DNA of 64,000 nucleotides from Lachnospiraceae bacterium (GTDB lineage Bacteria; Bacillota; Clostridia; Lachnospirales; Lachnospiraceae): NCBI GenBank assembly GCA_045627185.1, contig JAZQNE010000026.1, positions 9,719 to 73,718 of the forward strand, read 5' to 3'. Shown piece by piece: positions 45,376 to 56,221 of this stretch (position 1 is its first letter; each line of letters starts with the position of its first letter). The notes under the pieces were generated by a model. It saw only the letters and a program-made list of their open reading frames with translations, ran no database searches and was not told where the DNA came from. The position numbers and the translations under genes were made by a program.

Positions 45376-47745
45376 TCAGCGTTCCAGTGCGCATTCAAGC
45401 ACCTGCTCCATTTCGGAAACATAACGGATTTCAATATCCTTAAGGATTTCATCCGAAATTTCTTCGACATCTCTCCTGTTCTTTTCAGGCAGAAGAACCA
45501 GCTTCATTCCGGCAGTTTTTGCCGCAAGAATCTTTTCGGTAAGGCCTCCGACAGGAAGGGCTTTTCCGCGAAGCGTGATTTCACCGGTCATGGCAATATC
45601 GCCTCTGACCTTTTTGCCCGTAATTGCAGAAAGCATAGCTGTAGCCATGGTGATTCCGGCTGAAGGACCATCCTTCGGAACAGCACCCTCAGGGATGTGG
45701 ATATGGATGTCCGTTGTTTCGAAATAATCAGGCTGAATGCCATATTTTCCTGCAACCGAGCGGATGTAGCTGATACCGGTTTTGGCAGATTCCTTCATTG
45801 CATCGCCAAGCTGTCCGGTAAGCTCGAAGTTTCCTTTACCCGGCATGGTGTTGACCTCTATCTGAAGCGTGTCACCGCCAACGCTTGTCCACGCAAGTCC
45901 GCATACAATGCCTACCTCAGGCTTATGTTTTTCTACTTCAACAAGGTATTTCTTTTTGCCGAGATAATGCTCAAGATTCTTTCCGGTAACAGAGATTTTC
46001 TTCTTATCCTTCAGAAGAGCCTTTGCCTCTTCCTCAGTGATTGCTCCGCCCGTTCTGACGCGCTCATCGCCCTCAAGAAGCTCTTTTGCAACTTTTCTGC
46101 ATATCTCCCCGATTCGGCGTTCAAGGCTTCTTACGCCCGCCTCACGCGTGTAGCCAAGGGCAATTTCCTCAAGAACCTTATCGGTAAAGGAAAGATGCTT
46201 CGCATTCAGGCCGTTTTTCCGCAATTGCTTGGGAACAAGGTGCTCCCTTGCGATATGAACTTTATCGGTCAGCGTGTAGCTGTTAACTTCAATAATTTCC
46301 ATACGGTCAAGAAGCGGACGCGGTATGGTCTGAACTGAGTTTGCGGTTGCTATGAAAAGCACCTCCGACAGGTCAATGGGGATTTCAACATAATGGTCGA
46401 CAAACCTGCAGTTCTGCTCGGAATCGAGCACCTCAAGCAGTGCTGATGATGTATCGCCCTTGTAATCGCTGCTGACCTTGTCAATTTCATCAAGCAGAAT
46501 AAGCGGATTTTTTACGCCTGCGCTCTTAAGTCCCATTGCAAGACGCCCGGGCAGCGCACCGATGTAAGTTCTTCTGTGGCCACGGATTTCAGCTTCATCC
46601 CTAACGCCGCCAAGGCAGATTCTTACGTATTTTTTATCAAGTGCCTTCGCAACGGATCTTGCGATAGAAGTTTTTCCCGTTCCGGGAGGCCCCACAAGGC
46701 ACAGAATCGGGCTTTCGCCCTTTGTGGTAAGGCTTCGTACCGCTAAGAACTCAAGAACACGGTCCTTGACCTTCTCAAGGCCGTAGTGCTCCTCTTCAAG
46801 TATCTGCTTTGCCTTGGAAAGGTCAAGCAGATCCGGGTCTTTCCTGTTCCAGGGCAGTGAAAGCAGGGTTTCTATGTAGCCTCTTGAGACTGCAGCCTCT
46901 GAGGAATTGCCGCCGATTGCGGCAAAATGTTTAATTTCCTTACGGATTTTTTCTTTAGTTGATTCGTCGGCTTCGAGTGCATCGCACTGTTCAAAATATG
47001 CGTCAGCCTCTGATTTTGTGTCGCTTTCGCCAAGTTCCTCACGAATGACCTTCATCTGCTCGCGCATGATGTATTCCTTCTGGTTCCGGTCAACCTTCGA
47101 CTGCGTTTTCTGCTGAAGCTCATGCTTAATGTGAAGGACTTCTATTTCATCCTTTAAGATTCCAATGATGGTTGCGTAACGTGTTGCAAAATCAACAGCA
47201 TTCAGCAATGCCTGACGCTTCTGAACTGCCATGGGAATCTGTGCGGCAAGGTTGTCCGTAAGCTGCTCGGGGTCGGAAATGTTTGCAAACTGCTTGTAAA
47301 GCTCACTTCCAAGCTTCGGATTTTCCCTTGAGTAGAGCTCAACCATCTCATGCAGATAATCGGTCATGGCCTTCTCCTCAGCTGCGGAAAGGCTCAGAGC
47401 TTCTGCTTCACAGGGCTCAGCCTGGCAAAGATAAAACGGCTCTCTTGTTACAAAGCCGCAAAGTTTAGCACGGCGCACGCCAAATACCATAACTCTTACA
47501 ACATCGCCCGGGAGCTTAATCATCTGCTTAACAAATGCCATGGTTCCAATCGGATATAAATCATCAAAATCAGGCGTTTCTGTCTCAGGTGAACGCTGGG
47601 TCACAAGCAGAATTTCCTGTTTTGCTTTCATCGCATATTCAACCGCACGGATTCCTTCAATGCGGGAAACATCGAAATGCAGAAGCATTCCGGGTAAAAC
47701 AACTGTATTTCTAAGTGCCACAAGTGGCATCTGTATTTTCGCCAT
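45376..47745 (-). CDS. lon: ATP-dependent Lon protease
   Basis: Start set at ATG 47745, with GGGAGG upstream. Motifs present: the LON N-domain MPLVALRNTVVLPGM, Walker A GPPGTGKTS, and the catalytic Ser region PKDGPSAGITMATA. Confidence 0.9.
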   Translation of the reverse strand: MAKIQMPLVALRNTVVLPGMLLHFDVSRIEGIRAVEYAMKAKQEILLVTQRSPETETPDFDDLYPIGTMAFVKQMIKLPGDVVRVMVFGVRRAKLCGFVTREPFYLCQAEPCEAEALSLSAAEEKAMTDYLHEMVELYSRENPKLGSELYKQFANISDPEQLTDNLAAQIPMAVQKRQALLNAVDFATRYATIIGILKDEIEVLHIKHELQQKTQSKVDRNQKEYIMREQMKVIREELGESDTKSEADAYFEQCDALEADESTKEKIRKEIKHFAAIGGNSSEAAVSRGYIETLLSLPWNRKDPDLLDLSKAKQILEEEHYGLEKVKDRVLEFLAVRSLTTKGESPILCLVGPPGTGKTSIARSVAKALDKKYVRICLGGVRDEAEIRGHRRTYIGALPGRLAMGLKSAGVKNPLILLDEIDKVSSDYKGDTSSALLEVLDSEQNCRFVDHYVEIPIDLSEVLFIATANSVQTIPRPLLDRMEIIEVNSYTLTDKVHIAREHLVPKQLRKNGLNAKHLSFTDKVLEEIALGYTREAGVRSLERRIGEICRKVAKELLEGDERVRTGGAITEEEAKALLKDKKKISVTGKNLEHYLGKKKYLVEVEKHKPEVGIVCGLAWTSVGGDTLQIEVNTMPGKGNFELTGQLGDAMKESAKTGISYIRSVAGKYGIQPDYFETTDIHIHIPEGAVPKDGPSAGITMATAMLSAITGKKVRGDIAMTGEITLRGKALPVGGLTEKILAAKTAGMKLVLLPEKNRRDVEEISDEILKDIEIRYVSEMEQVLECALER

Positions 47746-47864
47746 CATTTCCTCCCAAAGATAATAAAAGCATCTTTGAAAAACAAAATCTTTCTTTCCA
47801 AAAGGCACAGCCTCAGATTTCTTTTGTAAAAACAAGCGGGAACGAACACCGTCCCCGCTTTTAT

Positions 47865-49160
47865 TTATGCGCTTTCGCTCGTATTACCGCGTCTGGTCTT
47901 TGTAAGATTCTTCTTGGGGAACTTACTTTTTCCGCGAATAAGCTCGGGCTTTGCCGTACCTTCTGCAGCTTCCTTTGTTACAACAACTGTTGCAACGCCT
48001 TCCTCGGAAGGAAGCTCATACATGGTATCCATCATAATATTTTCAACAATTGAGCGGAGGCCTCTTGCGCCGGTCTTTCTCTCAAATGACTGTTTTGCGA
48101 TGCTTGCAACGGCATCATCGTTGAACATAAGCTCAACGCCTTCAAGTTCAAACAGTTTCTTGTACTGCTTAACAAGTGCATTCTTGGGCTCAGTAAGTAC
48201 TCTTACAAGAGCTTCCTCATTAAGCATGTCAAGTGCAACCGTAACGGGAACACGTCCGACAAATTCGGGAATAATACCGAATTTCACAAGATCCTGAGGC
48301 ATTACCCGACGGAACAGCTCACCGATGTTCTCATCAACCTGCTCGGAAATCTCAGCGTTGAAGCCGATAGATTTCTGTCCGATACGGTTTTCGATAATTT
48401 TCTCAAGTCCGTCAAATGCACCGCCTACAATGAACAGAATGTTTGTAGTATCAATCTGCATGAATTCCTGCTGAGGATGCTTACGTCCGCCCTGCGGAGG
48501 AACTGAAGCAACCGTACCTTCAAGGATTTTCAGAAGCGCCTGCTGAACGCCTTCGCCGGAAACATCACGTGTGATTGAAACATTCTCGCTCTTCTTGGTG
48601 ATTTTATCAATTTCATCAATGTAGATAATACCGTATTCCGCACGCTCAATGTCATAATCTGCTGCCTGAATCAGGCGGAGCAGGATGTTTTCAACATCTT
48701 CACCAACATAGCCGGCCTCTGTAAGAGTGGTGGCGTCTGCAATTGAGAACGGAACGTTCAGAATCTTTGCAAGAGTCTGCGCAAGATAGGTTTTACCTGA
48801 ACCGGTCGGTCCGATCATAAGGATGTTGCTCTTCTGAAGTTCAACATCCGAAAGATTGCCGGACAGAACACGCTTGTAATGATTATAAACTGCTACTGAA
48901 AGAACCTTCTTGGCTTCTTCCTGTCCGATAACGTACTTGTCAAGGAATTCCTTGATTTCACGCGGTTTTAACAGGTTTATGCCAAACTCCTGAGGCATAT
49001 CGTCTTCTTCGCCAAACTCTTCTTCAATTATTTCGGAGCAAAGCTCGACACATTCATCGCAGATAAAAACATCTCCGGGGCCCGCAAGAAGCTTGCGAAC
49101 GTTGGCCTGGTTTTTTCCGCAGAAGGAACAACAATAGTTTTCCGGAATATCGTTTGCCAT
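47865..49160 (-). CDS. clpX: ATP-dependent Clp protease ATP-binding subunit ClpX
   Basis: 431 aa. Motifs present: Zn finger CSFCGK...CDEC, Walker A GPTGSGKT, and the IGF-type loop. Confidence 0.95.
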   Translation of the reverse strand: MANDIPENYCCSFCGKNQANVRKLLAGPGDVFICDECVELCSEIIEEEFGEEDDMPQEFGINLLKPREIKEFLDKYVIGQEEAKKVLSVAVYNHYKRVLSGNLSDVELQKSNILMIGPTGSGKTYLAQTLAKILNVPFSIADATTLTEAGYVGEDVENILLRLIQAADYDIERAEYGIIYIDEIDKITKKSENVSITRDVSGEGVQQALLKILEGTVASVPPQGGRKHPQQEFMQIDTTNILFIVGGAFDGLEKIIENRIGQKSIGFNAEISEQVDENIGELFRRVMPQDLVKFGIIPEFVGRVPVTVALDMLNEEALVRVLTEPKNALVKQYKKLFELEGVELMFNDDAVASIAKQSFERKTGARGLRSIVENIMMDTMYELPSEEGVATVVVTKEAAEGTAKPELIRGKSKFPKKNLTKTRRGNTSESA

Positions 49161-49202
49161 AAATCAATCTCCCACCGTATTCACGGTTGTTTATTTACAT
49201 CA

Positions 49203-49238
49203 ATGCATGCATTTCCGGCACCCGGATTATGCATGCAT
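49203..49238. other. 36-nt near-perfect palindrome in the clpP-clpX spacer
   Basis: The sequence reads ATGCATGCAT t TCCGG cac CCGGA tt ATGCATGCAT. Confidence 0.85.
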
Positions 49239-49268
49239 GATGTGAAAATCTGATTTGTGCCTTTTAAA

Positions 49269-49868
49269 TTAAGCACGTTTTGTAGTAACAACAACAATAA
49301 GGCCGTATTCCTTAGCTTCCTCAGCTGTCATGAAGTTGTCACGGTCTGTATCCTTTGTGATAACATCAAGCGGTTTGCCCGTGTTCTCAGCAAGGATTTT
49401 GTTCAATCTCTCTTTTGTGCGGAGGATGTGCTTAGCTGCGATTTCAATCTCGGTAGCCTGACCCTGTGCACCGCCAAGAGGCTGGTGAATCATGATTTCT
49501 GCGTTGGGAAGTGCATAACGCTTGCCCTTTGCGCCGCCTGAAAGAAGGAAAGCGCCCATGCTTGCTGCCATACCGATACAGGTTGTGGAAACATCGCATT
49601 TAACGTAGTTCATGGTATCGTAAATAGCAAGACCTGCGGTTACAGAGCCTCCGGGGCTGTCAATGTAAAGATTGATGTCCTTGCCCGGGTCCTCAGACTC
49701 AAGGAAAAGAAGCTGTGCAACAACAAGAGCTGCTGTTTCATCTGTAACTTCACCGCTTAAGAAAATTATTCTTTCTTTCAACAGACGTGAGAAAATATCA
49801 TATGAACGCTCACCGCGGCTTGTCTGTTCAATTACGTAGGGAACAAGATAACTTTTTTCCTGCTGCAT
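49269..49868 (-). CDS. clpP: ATP-dependent Clp protease proteolytic subunit
   Basis: Start set at ATG 49868, with GGAGG 5 nt upstream (the track start is a TTG inside the RBS). The catalytic Ser and His contexts are [11 protein letters not shown] and IMIHQPLGG. Confidence 0.95.
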   Translation of the reverse strand: MQQEKSYLVPYVIEQTSRGERSYDIFSRLLKERIIFLSGEVTDETAALVVAQLLFLESEDPGKDINLYIDSPGGSVTAGLAIYDTMNYVKCDVSTTCIGMAASMGAFLLSGGAKGKRYALPNAEIMIHQPLGGAQGQATEIEIAAKHILRTKERLNKILAENTGKPLDVITKDTDRDNFMTAEEAKEYGLIVVVTTKRA

Positions 49869-49884
49869 AATTTCCTCCAAATAC

Positions 49885-51174
49885 TTATTTTTCTACAGCT
49901 GCTTCAGCAACAAGGTCTGCTGCCTTTCTTACTGCAAGATCCATCTTAATGGAATCTTTCTCAGCATCGCCAAGGATTTCTTTAACCTTCTCAACATCCA
50001 TCTGATACTGAGCTGCCATGTTCTCAAGTTCTTTATCAAGTTCTTCAGCTGTAACTTCAATGTTCTCAGCCTTTGCAACTGCTTCAAGAACAAGACGTGA
50101 CTTGATGTTCTTCTCTGCCTGAGGAGTCATGGTCTCAAGGAACTGCTGAGGTGTCATGCCTGTGAACTGCATATACTGCTCAAGGCTTAAGCCCTGCATC
50201 TGAAGGCGCTGACCGAAATCTTCAATCATCTGACGCTTCTGCTGCTCAACCATAGCTGCGGGGATATCCATCTTGGCATCCTCAATAATCTTCTCGATAA
50301 CAGCATCGCTCTTAGCTGCCTGAGCTGCTTTTTCCTTACGCTCGGCAATTTTCTTCTTAACATCTTCCTTGTACTCTTCAAGAGTGTCAAATTCTGAAAC
50401 TTCTGCAGCAAAATCATCATTCAGCTCAGGAAGTTCCTTGCGCTTGATGCCGTTAACCTTTACCTTGAATACAGCGGGCTTGCCGGCAAGCTCTTTTGCA
50501 TGATACTCGGTAGGGAAGGTTACGTTTACGTCAAATTCATCGTTAATATTTTTGCCGATAATCTGATCTTCAAATGTGTCAATAAAGCTGTGTGAGCCGA
50601 TTTCAAGGGGATGATTCTCACCCTTGCCGCCTTCGAATGCAACGCCGTCAACAAATCCTTCATAGTCAATTGTTGCGATGTCGCCGTTCTCTACTGCACG
50701 GTCATCAACGGTGATTGTACGTGAATTCTGGTTGCGTGCTGTCTCAAGGTCAGCATTGATTTCGTCTTCAGTAACGGTAAGGTCAGCCTTCTCAACTTCA
50801 ATTCCCTTGTACTTGCCAAGTTCAACTTCAGGCTTAACTGCAAATTCAGCTGTAAAGATGAATTCCTTACCCTTTTCAATCTGCTCAACGTCGATTTCAG
50901 GGCGTGATACGATTTCAAGACCACAATCCTTAGCTGCTGCTTCATATGCATCAGGGATAATGATGTTTGCTGCATCTTCATAGAAAACGCCGGGGCCGTA
51001 AAGTTTTTCTACCATAGCCTTGGGAGCATGACCCTTACGGAAACCGGGAATATTAAGTTTGTTTTTGTTCTTCTGGAAAGCCTTATCAAGGGCTGCGTCA
51101 AATTCTTCTGCGCTGACTGTAATAACCAGCTTCTTCATGTTTTTAGCTTCGAGATCCTCGATTTTGAAACTCAT
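49885..51174 (-). CDS. tig: trigger factor
   Basis: 429 aa. It has the ribosome-binding motif [10 protein letters not shown], an FKBP-type PPIase middle domain, and tig-clpP-clpX synteny. Confidence 0.9.
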   Translation of the reverse strand: MSFKIEDLEAKNMKKLVITVSAEEFDAALDKAFQKNKNKLNIPGFRKGHAPKAMVEKLYGPGVFYEDAANIIIPDAYEAAAKDCGLEIVSRPEIDVEQIEKGKEFIFTAEFAVKPEVELGKYKGIEVEKADLTVTEDEINADLETARNQNSRTITVDDRAVENGDIATIDYEGFVDGVAFEGGKGENHPLEIGSHSFIDTFEDQIIGKNINDEFDVNVTFPTEYHAKELAGKPAVFKVKVNGIKRKELPELNDDFAAEVSEFDTLEEYKEDVKKKIAERKEKAAQAAKSDAVIEKIIEDAKMDIPAAMVEQQKRQMIEDFGQRLQMQGLSLEQYMQFTGMTPQQFLETMTPQAEKNIKSRLVLEAVAKAENIEVTAEELDKELENMAAQYQMDVEKVKEILGDAEKDSIKMDLAVRKAADLVAEAAVEK

Positions 51175-51209
51175 GTGTATAAATCCTCCTTAAAATCACA
51201 TTACGAATT

Positions 51210-51238
51210 ATTATAGCATAAACAATTTCTTTTTGCTA
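51210..51238 (-). promoter_or_regulatory. candidate sigma-A promoter of tig
   Basis: The minus strand reads TAGCAA, a 17-nt spacer, then TGcTATAAT (an extended -10). Confidence 0.45.
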
Positions 51239-51301
51239 CTGTTTTTTCGATGCTTAACAAGTGTTTTCACAATATTTTGAGCATTGTATTTTATGTATAT
51301 C

Positions 51302-51856
51302 TCACATCTTCTGCAGTTTTTCGGCAAGCTGATCTGCAGCATCCTTTGAAACAAGTATTTCAACAAGTTTCAGTGCAAACGGGAGCGATACGCCCATTCC
51401 TTTACCTGTTGTAAACTGCCCGTCTGTTACAACGCCTTCCCCTGTACAGTTTGCGCCAAGCATATAATGTTCAAACCCCGGGAAGCATGTCGCATTTTTG
51501 CCCATAAGCAGCCCCATTCTGCCGTAAACGCTTGGTGCTGCGCAGATTGCGGCAAGCTTCTTTCCTGCCTTTACAAACTCATTAATAATCTCTGCAAGGC
51601 GCTTATCTGCCGCAAGGTTTTCCGTTCCCTTACCGCCGCCCGGCAGGAATATCATATCAGCATCAAGGTAGTCCGCCGTATTCTGCTGCTCAAGCAGCAT
51701 ATCAGCCCCAACTGTAATTTCATGAGACCCAAGCACATTCTCACGTCCCATAACAGACACAGTAACCGCTTCAACTCCTGCGCGTCTCAGCACATCAACC
51801 GGTGTAAGTGCCTCAATCTCTTCAAATCCGTCAGCAAGGAAAATGTAAACCTTCAT
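51302..51856 (-). CDS. DJ-1/PfpI (ThiJ) family protein
   Basis: 184 aa. The nucleophile-elbow Cys lies in LAAICAAPSV, and the sequence also has IFLPGG. Confidence 0.8.
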   Translation of the reverse strand: MKVYIFLADGFEEIEALTPVDVLRRAGVEAVTVSVMGRENVLGSHEITVGADMLLEQQNTADYLDADMIFLPGGGKGTENLAADKRLAEIINEFVKAGKKLAAICAAPSVYGRMGLLMGKNATCFPGFEHYMLGANCTGEGVVTDGQFTTGKGMGVSLPFALKLVEILVSKDAADQLAEKLQKM

Positions 51857-51971
51857 AGAAACCTCCGATTTTCGTATTGATTCTTCCGGAATGCATTTGT
51901 GGTATCATACCCAAGGAATTCACTCAAGCTTAATTCAAGTATATCCATTCTTTATCTCATACGCAACATTT

Positions 51972-52094
51972 TCAGGTGAAACTTTCGGCACTTATTCCGT
52001 TAGGTGTAACTGACGTATTCTTTTCGTAATCCCATTCTGCAAGTACTTCGTCCATTTTCTCGGTTTTGCAGTATTCTTCAAACGGAATGCTCAT
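51972..52094 (-). pseudogene. 40-codon remnant resembling the N-terminus of a DUF4379-type zinc-ribbon protein
   Basis: AAAGGAG RBS is followed by an ATG at 52094. The ORF reads MSIPFEEYCKTEKMDEVLAEWDYEKNTSVTPNGISAESFT*. The LAEWDYEKN..v.P motif is the usual start of DUF4379, but the Cys-rich part is missing. Confidence 0.3.
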
Positions 52095-52105
52095 TCTGCT
52101 CCTTT

Positions 52106-53002
52106 TTATTGCAAGTTCTTCATGTATCTGCATTTGGGGAAATTACCACAGCCATAAAACTGTTTTCCTGCATGCTCTCCTCTTTCCGAAACTCTAAGAA
52201 CCAATTTCCCGCCACATCTTGGGCAGATTAGTTGTGTATCTGACGTGGCAACGGGCGAAGCCCCATCCGAAACGGAAAAAGAAGCCCTGTTATCACTTAT
52301 GTCACCGGTTGTTCCTAAGTGCTCTGCCTTTATATCCTCAATATGTTTCTTCTTGATTTCATCTGAAACCTGAGTATATGGATATAGGCATGCGTACATT
52401 TCCTCAATCTGGTTTGGCACAAGGACATCTCCCGTTCTTTTTGCAATCTTCCGTACCGTTCTTAAAACCGATTTGCGTCTGATCACAAAAATATCCGTGC
52501 TGCTAACATCGACATTCTTAAACGTACAGCGTTCAGAAAAAACTATAACGGAATGAGTGGGATAACTGTCCCCAAGCAGGTTATCCAGCCATTTAATATG
52601 CAATTTGTTTTGCATGATCGGATTCAGGAAATGCTCTTTATGTGCTTTTCTTCTGCTCGGAAGAGTCTGTGTCCATGTTTTTGCATTTTCAGATCCGAAT
52701 ATCCAGCCGCCATAATTTTTACTTTCTATCACATAAATGCCTGAGTGGTGAAGCATGATAAGATCGACTTCCGTTGTCTGTCCGTTATTTTTTGGCAGAT
52801 AACAATTGAACAGGAACTTTGCTCCGTCCTTTTCATAAGACTTCAGACGCTTATACGTCAAATATTCTCCAAGGCGTCCCTTATCCAGCAAAACGGAAAT
52901 CAGTAATTTTCCGGTCACCCTGAAGTAATCGGTTTTTCTGTAAAAAACAGCGCATACCGTATAAACCAAAACAAAAACAACAGCCGGAATAATCAAAAAC
53001 AT
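52106..53002 (-). CDS. NERD-domain protein with C-terminal topoisomerase-type C4 zinc finger
   Basis: 298 aa. An N-terminal TM segment is followed by a NERD core (GEYLTYKRL...TTEVDLIMLHHSGIYVIESKNYGGWIFG). The C-terminus reads CPRCGGKLVLR...FYGCGNFPKCRY. Confidence 0.75.
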   Translation of the reverse strand: MFLIIPAVVFVLVYTVCAVFYRKTDYFRVTGKLLISVLLDKGRLGEYLTYKRLKSYEKDGAKFLFNCYLPKNNGQTTEVDLIMLHHSGIYVIESKNYGGWIFGSENAKTWTQTLPSRRKAHKEHFLNPIMQNKLHIKWLDNLLGDSYPTHSVIVFSERCTFKNVDVSSTDIFVIRRKSVLRTVRKIAKRTGDVLVPNQIEEMYACLYPYTQVSDEIKKKHIEDIKAEHLGTTGDISDNRASFSVSDGASPVATSDTQLICPRCGGKLVLRVSERGEHAGKQFYGCGNFPKCRYMKNLQ

Positions 53003-53062
53003 TCCCTAAACACATTCTTTTCATATATTTTTTAGTAACTTTACCCCTAAGCCGAAAAGGAT

Positions 53063-53287
53063 TTATTTATCTTCAACCATGTCATAATAGAAGCACTCTT
53101 CCCACTTAACGCCCAACGCCTTACAGATTAATCCCGAAAGAAAAGCCGTAGGCGAATACTGACCTGTTTCAAGAGAGCTTATTGTGTTTTGTGTTGTACC
53201 TACCATTTCGGCAAGTTTTGTCTGCGACAGACCGCGTTCCTGACGGAATTCTTTTATATGGTTTTTTAACTGCAGATGCGAGTTCAT
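53063..53287 (-). CDS. XRE-family helix-turn-helix transcriptional regulator
   Basis: Start set at ATG 53287, which makes an ATGA overlap with the upstream ORF. The HTH reads IKEFRQERGLSQTKLAEMVGTTQNTISSLETGQYSPT. Confidence 0.8.
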   Translation of the reverse strand: MNSHLQLKNHIKEFRQERGLSQTKLAEMVGTTQNTISSLETGQYSPTAFLSGLICKALGVKWEECFYYDMVEDK

Positions 53288-53604
53288 ACAAACAATTCTC
53301 CCAAATATAAAATCAAACATAACAAAGCAAGAACCGCTTCGACAATTCCGCAAATGAGTGTTTTCATTTTGGAGGTTACTTTCCCGCAAAACACATTAAG
53401 GGTTCCCGAAAATGCCAGCAGGATGGCAGGCTTGCCAAAATCGACATGTTTTTTTACCCACAAATCAAGGATAATCATCAGTGTACAAAGCACGATGCAA
53501 ATACATGATGCCAAAATTATTGCATTACGTGTTACTGCCTTTTCCCGCTCACCTACTTTGTCGGGTTTGCTTTTTGCTGCAATTAATACTTCTTCATCGG
53601 TCAT
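53284..53604 (-). CDS. small membrane protein co-transcribed with the XRE regulator (DUF6442-like)
   Basis: Start set at ATG 53604, which has a GGGGGA RBS and a canonical promoter just upstream. The sequence begins MTDEEVLIAAKSKPDKVGEREK and continues with three TM helices. Confidence 0.6.
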   Translation of the reverse strand: MTDEEVLIAAKSKPDKVGEREKAVTRNAIILASCICIVLCTLMIILDLWVKKHVDFGKPAILLAFSGTLNVFCGKVTSKMKTLICGIVEAVLALLCLILYLGELFV

Positions 53605-53620
53605 ATTTTTGTTTCCCCCT

Positions 53621-53655
53621 ACCAAGTTTACGGATATTTTACCAAGTTTACGGAT
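53621..53655. promoter_or_regulatory. two 15-bp direct repeats (ATCCGTAAACTTGGT) with 20-bp period, candidate operator
   Basis: The plus strand has accaagtttacggat at 53621-53635 and 53641-53655. One copy fills the promoter spacer. The other covers the expected transcription start. Confidence 0.6.
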
Positions 53656-53664
53656 GTTTGTCAA
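53636..53664 (-). promoter_or_regulatory. canonical sigma-A promoter of the membrane-protein/XRE operon
   Basis: The minus strand reads TTGACA (53664-53659), a 17-nt spacer, then TAAAAT (53641-53636). Confidence 0.65.
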
Positions 53665-53762
53665 TGTGCAAATATTTCAAAAGACGAATCATTCCGGTTA
53701 TGCGTCTGCAAAACAAAAGGCCCGCTTTCGCAGACCTTTATATTAAATACCGGAACGGGGTC

Positions 53763-53789
53763 AAAAAGCGGCCCCGTTCGCGAATCGAT
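53763..53789 (-). terminator. stem-loop downstream of the module C ABC gene
   Basis: An 8-bp GC-rich stem GAACGGGG/CCCCGTTC with an 11-nt loop. The U-tract is weak. Confidence 0.35.
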
Positions 53790-53844
53790 GATAATTATTC
53801 ATATCTTCTGTTTTCCAAAAGTAAGAATTGTGTACCTCTTCGTT

Positions 53845-56109
53845 TTATTTAAGAAGATCAATTATCTTTGTTTTATTTAGTTTCGCAATAGGTATCAAAA
53901 CAACGCACAATGCTACAAGTGAAACAGCAATGGCAACAAAAAGGCCTGCCCACTCATTAGGAACAATTGTTCTGATTCTGACATTTTGATAAACCTTTCG
54001 AATAGTGTCTTCGTTGATGCTCTTAATTGCAACCTGTTTAGCAACAAATGATAGAATCAGGGATGTCAACGTAGCCACAAGGCCTTCAAGTGCAAATATC
54101 TGGGTTATGCAAACGGGAGTTGCTCCAAGAGCCCTAAGCGTGCCAATAGTTTTTTTACTGTCCTTTATGCTAAAACTGAGTAGTGAAATCATTTGCAAAA
54201 CGGTAAGCAATGACATTACAACTGCTACGCTCCGAAGTGCAAGTAACTTCTCATCTGTTTTTTCCCATTCACTGTATAGGAGTTTCAGATTACTGTCTGC
54301 GATATAAATATTGTTTTCAAGTAATGATTTGATATTCTCCGACAATTTCTCATCTTCCAAAACAATGCCAATTGAACTCTGAAAAGCCGGATATATTTCT
54401 CTTAAAGCCTTGAAAACATCCGGAGTAATATACCAATCCATTTCACCGGAAACCACACCGACAATTGTAACGTTTTCTCCGCAGAAATCAAATAAGTTTA
54501 TCGAATCTGAAAAAGCCTTATCATATTTTACATCATATAAATTAAAAAGGCGGAATTCTTTTCCCAATGCACTTTCATAACTGTCAAAATAAGCGTTACA
54601 CAAGCTGTCAGAAATCAGAACTTCAGATTTTTTTTCCGGTTTTCTGCCGGCTAAAAGTGAATATTCATTATCGGCAGCATTGCCAAACGATTCATAATTA
54701 ATTGACTGGTCAAGCGGCCCTTTATAATATGCAAATCCCAAACCATCCGCCTGTAACCGATAATGATTAACCAATTGCTTCCAGGTCGGTTCAGAAAAGA
54801 ATGCTATAGGATTAGGCACTTCCCCAATAAAGCGAAACTGATTTACTATCCCTACAACCTCAAATTCCATATCTACCACTTTGACTTTTACGGGAAGGTC
54901 CTTCTCTGAAACGCCAAGTGCATTTGCAAGAACTGTCTCCAGCAACATTTCATTGTTTTTAAGCGGTTCGCTTCTTCCGGATAATTTTGATAAACGTTCG
55001 TTACCTGTTGTTATTATTTTTACGTCAATCTGTTTGTCACCAAATTCAATTCCAATAGTATTTTCCAAAAAATAGTCATTTTCATTTAATTGTAGGGCAA
55101 CATCATTCCAAAAAATACTTCCTTTAGTAAGGTCTGAACCCTTTTGGCCGGCATTCCGCAAACCTTCAGCAGAAAGTTTCTCATAAATTAATGCAACTCC
55201 TGCACCGGAGCTTTGAACATACTCCGTAACAGCTATAGCATCCTTACGCTTTTCAATTGAGACTATAACGAGAAAAACCGCAATAGTCAAACTTAGAATC
55301 AGTATCGTCAATAAAGATCTGGATGCTCTTCTAATTAACATATTTCCTGCCAGCCTGATTCCGAGTTTGAACGGCACTTTGGCTGATTTATTATAAGGTG
55401 AATCATTTTCAGTTTTTTCCGAATGATTCAAATTCTGCTCCGAGTCATCAATAATTTTCCCATATGAAAGCGTAACAACTCTGTCAGCATATTCTCTTGC
55501 AAGTTCAACATCATGAGTTACAACAATAACAGCACGGTCTTTTGCAATTTCTTTTAACAATTCAAAAACCATACGGCTATTTTCACCATCTAAATTTCCG
55601 GTCGGTTCATCTGCTAAAATAATGTCCGGGTTTTTTACAATTGAACGTGCTATCGCAACACGCTGCTTTTGTCCGCCGCTCAAATGAGATACTTTCTTTT
55701 TTAGAAGTTCCCGGATATTCGTTTTTTCTGAAACTTCTTGAACCATTTTCATCATTTCATTTGATTCAATATTTCTCATCTCCAGAGGCAAGCGAATATT
55801 TTCTTCAACATCAAAGTCCTCTATCAAATTAAAATCCTGGAAAACAAAGCCCAGTTTGTTCAAGCGGAAATCATCCAACTGTTTTTCGGACAAAGTCTGC
55901 AAATCCTTGCCAAAAACAGATACGCAACCCTCTGTTGGTGAATCAAAACCACCCAGCAAATTAAGCATAGTGGTTTTTCCGCAACCGCTTGTTCCTGTGA
56001 AGACTATTAAGCCTTTTTGTTGAATCGTCAAATTAATATTGTCTAAGGCCAAAACCTTATCTTCGCCTTTTGAAGCATATACTTTGGTAACATTGGCTAA
56101 TTTTATCAT
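53845..56109 (-). CDS. fused MacB-type ABC transporter, ATPase plus FtsX-family permease (module C)
   Basis: Start set at ATG 56109. Motifs present: [35 protein letters not shown] and VTHD. It has a large extracytoplasmic domain. The FtsX motif is [22 protein letters not shown]. Confidence 0.85.
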   Translation of the reverse strand: MIKLANVTKVYASKGEDKVLALDNINLTIQQKGLIVFTGTSGCGKTTMLNLLGGFDSPTEGCVSVFGKDLQTLSEKQLDDFRLNKLGFVFQDFNLIEDFDVEENIRLPLEMRNIESNEMMKMVQEVSEKTNIRELLKKKVSHLSGGQKQRVAIARSIVKNPDIILADEPTGNLDGENSRMVFELLKEIAKDRAVIVVTHDVELAREYADRVVTLSYGKIIDDSEQNLNHSEKTENDSPYNKSAKVPFKLGIRLAGNMLIRRASRSLLTILILSLTIAVFLVIVSIEKRKDAIAVTEYVQSSGAGVALIYEKLSAEGLRNAGQKGSDLTKGSIFWNDVALQLNENDYFLENTIGIEFGDKQIDVKIITTGNERLSKLSGRSEPLKNNEMLLETVLANALGVSEKDLPVKVKVVDMEFEVVGIVNQFRFIGEVPNPIAFFSEPTWKQLVNHYRLQADGLGFAYYKGPLDQSINYESFGNAADNEYSLLAGRKPEKKSEVLISDSLCNAYFDSYESALGKEFRLFNLYDVKYDKAFSDSINLFDFCGENVTIVGVVSGEMDWYITPDVFKALREIYPAFQSSIGIVLEDEKLSENIKSLLENNIYIADSNLKLLYSEWEKTDEKLLALRSVAVVMSLLTVLQMISLLSFSIKDSKKTIGTLRALGATPVCITQIFALEGLVATLTSLILSFVAKQVAIKSINEDTIRKVYQNVRIRTIVPNEWAGLFVAIAVSLVALCVVLIPIAKLNKTKIIDLLK

Positions 56110-56221
56110 ATTCAAAAACTCCCCGAACAATCATTTGGTTGAATTATACTTTTCAAACAAACTATAATAACGGAATACAACACAAGCCGTGAAACTTTAC
56201 ATTTCACGACTTGCTTATAAA

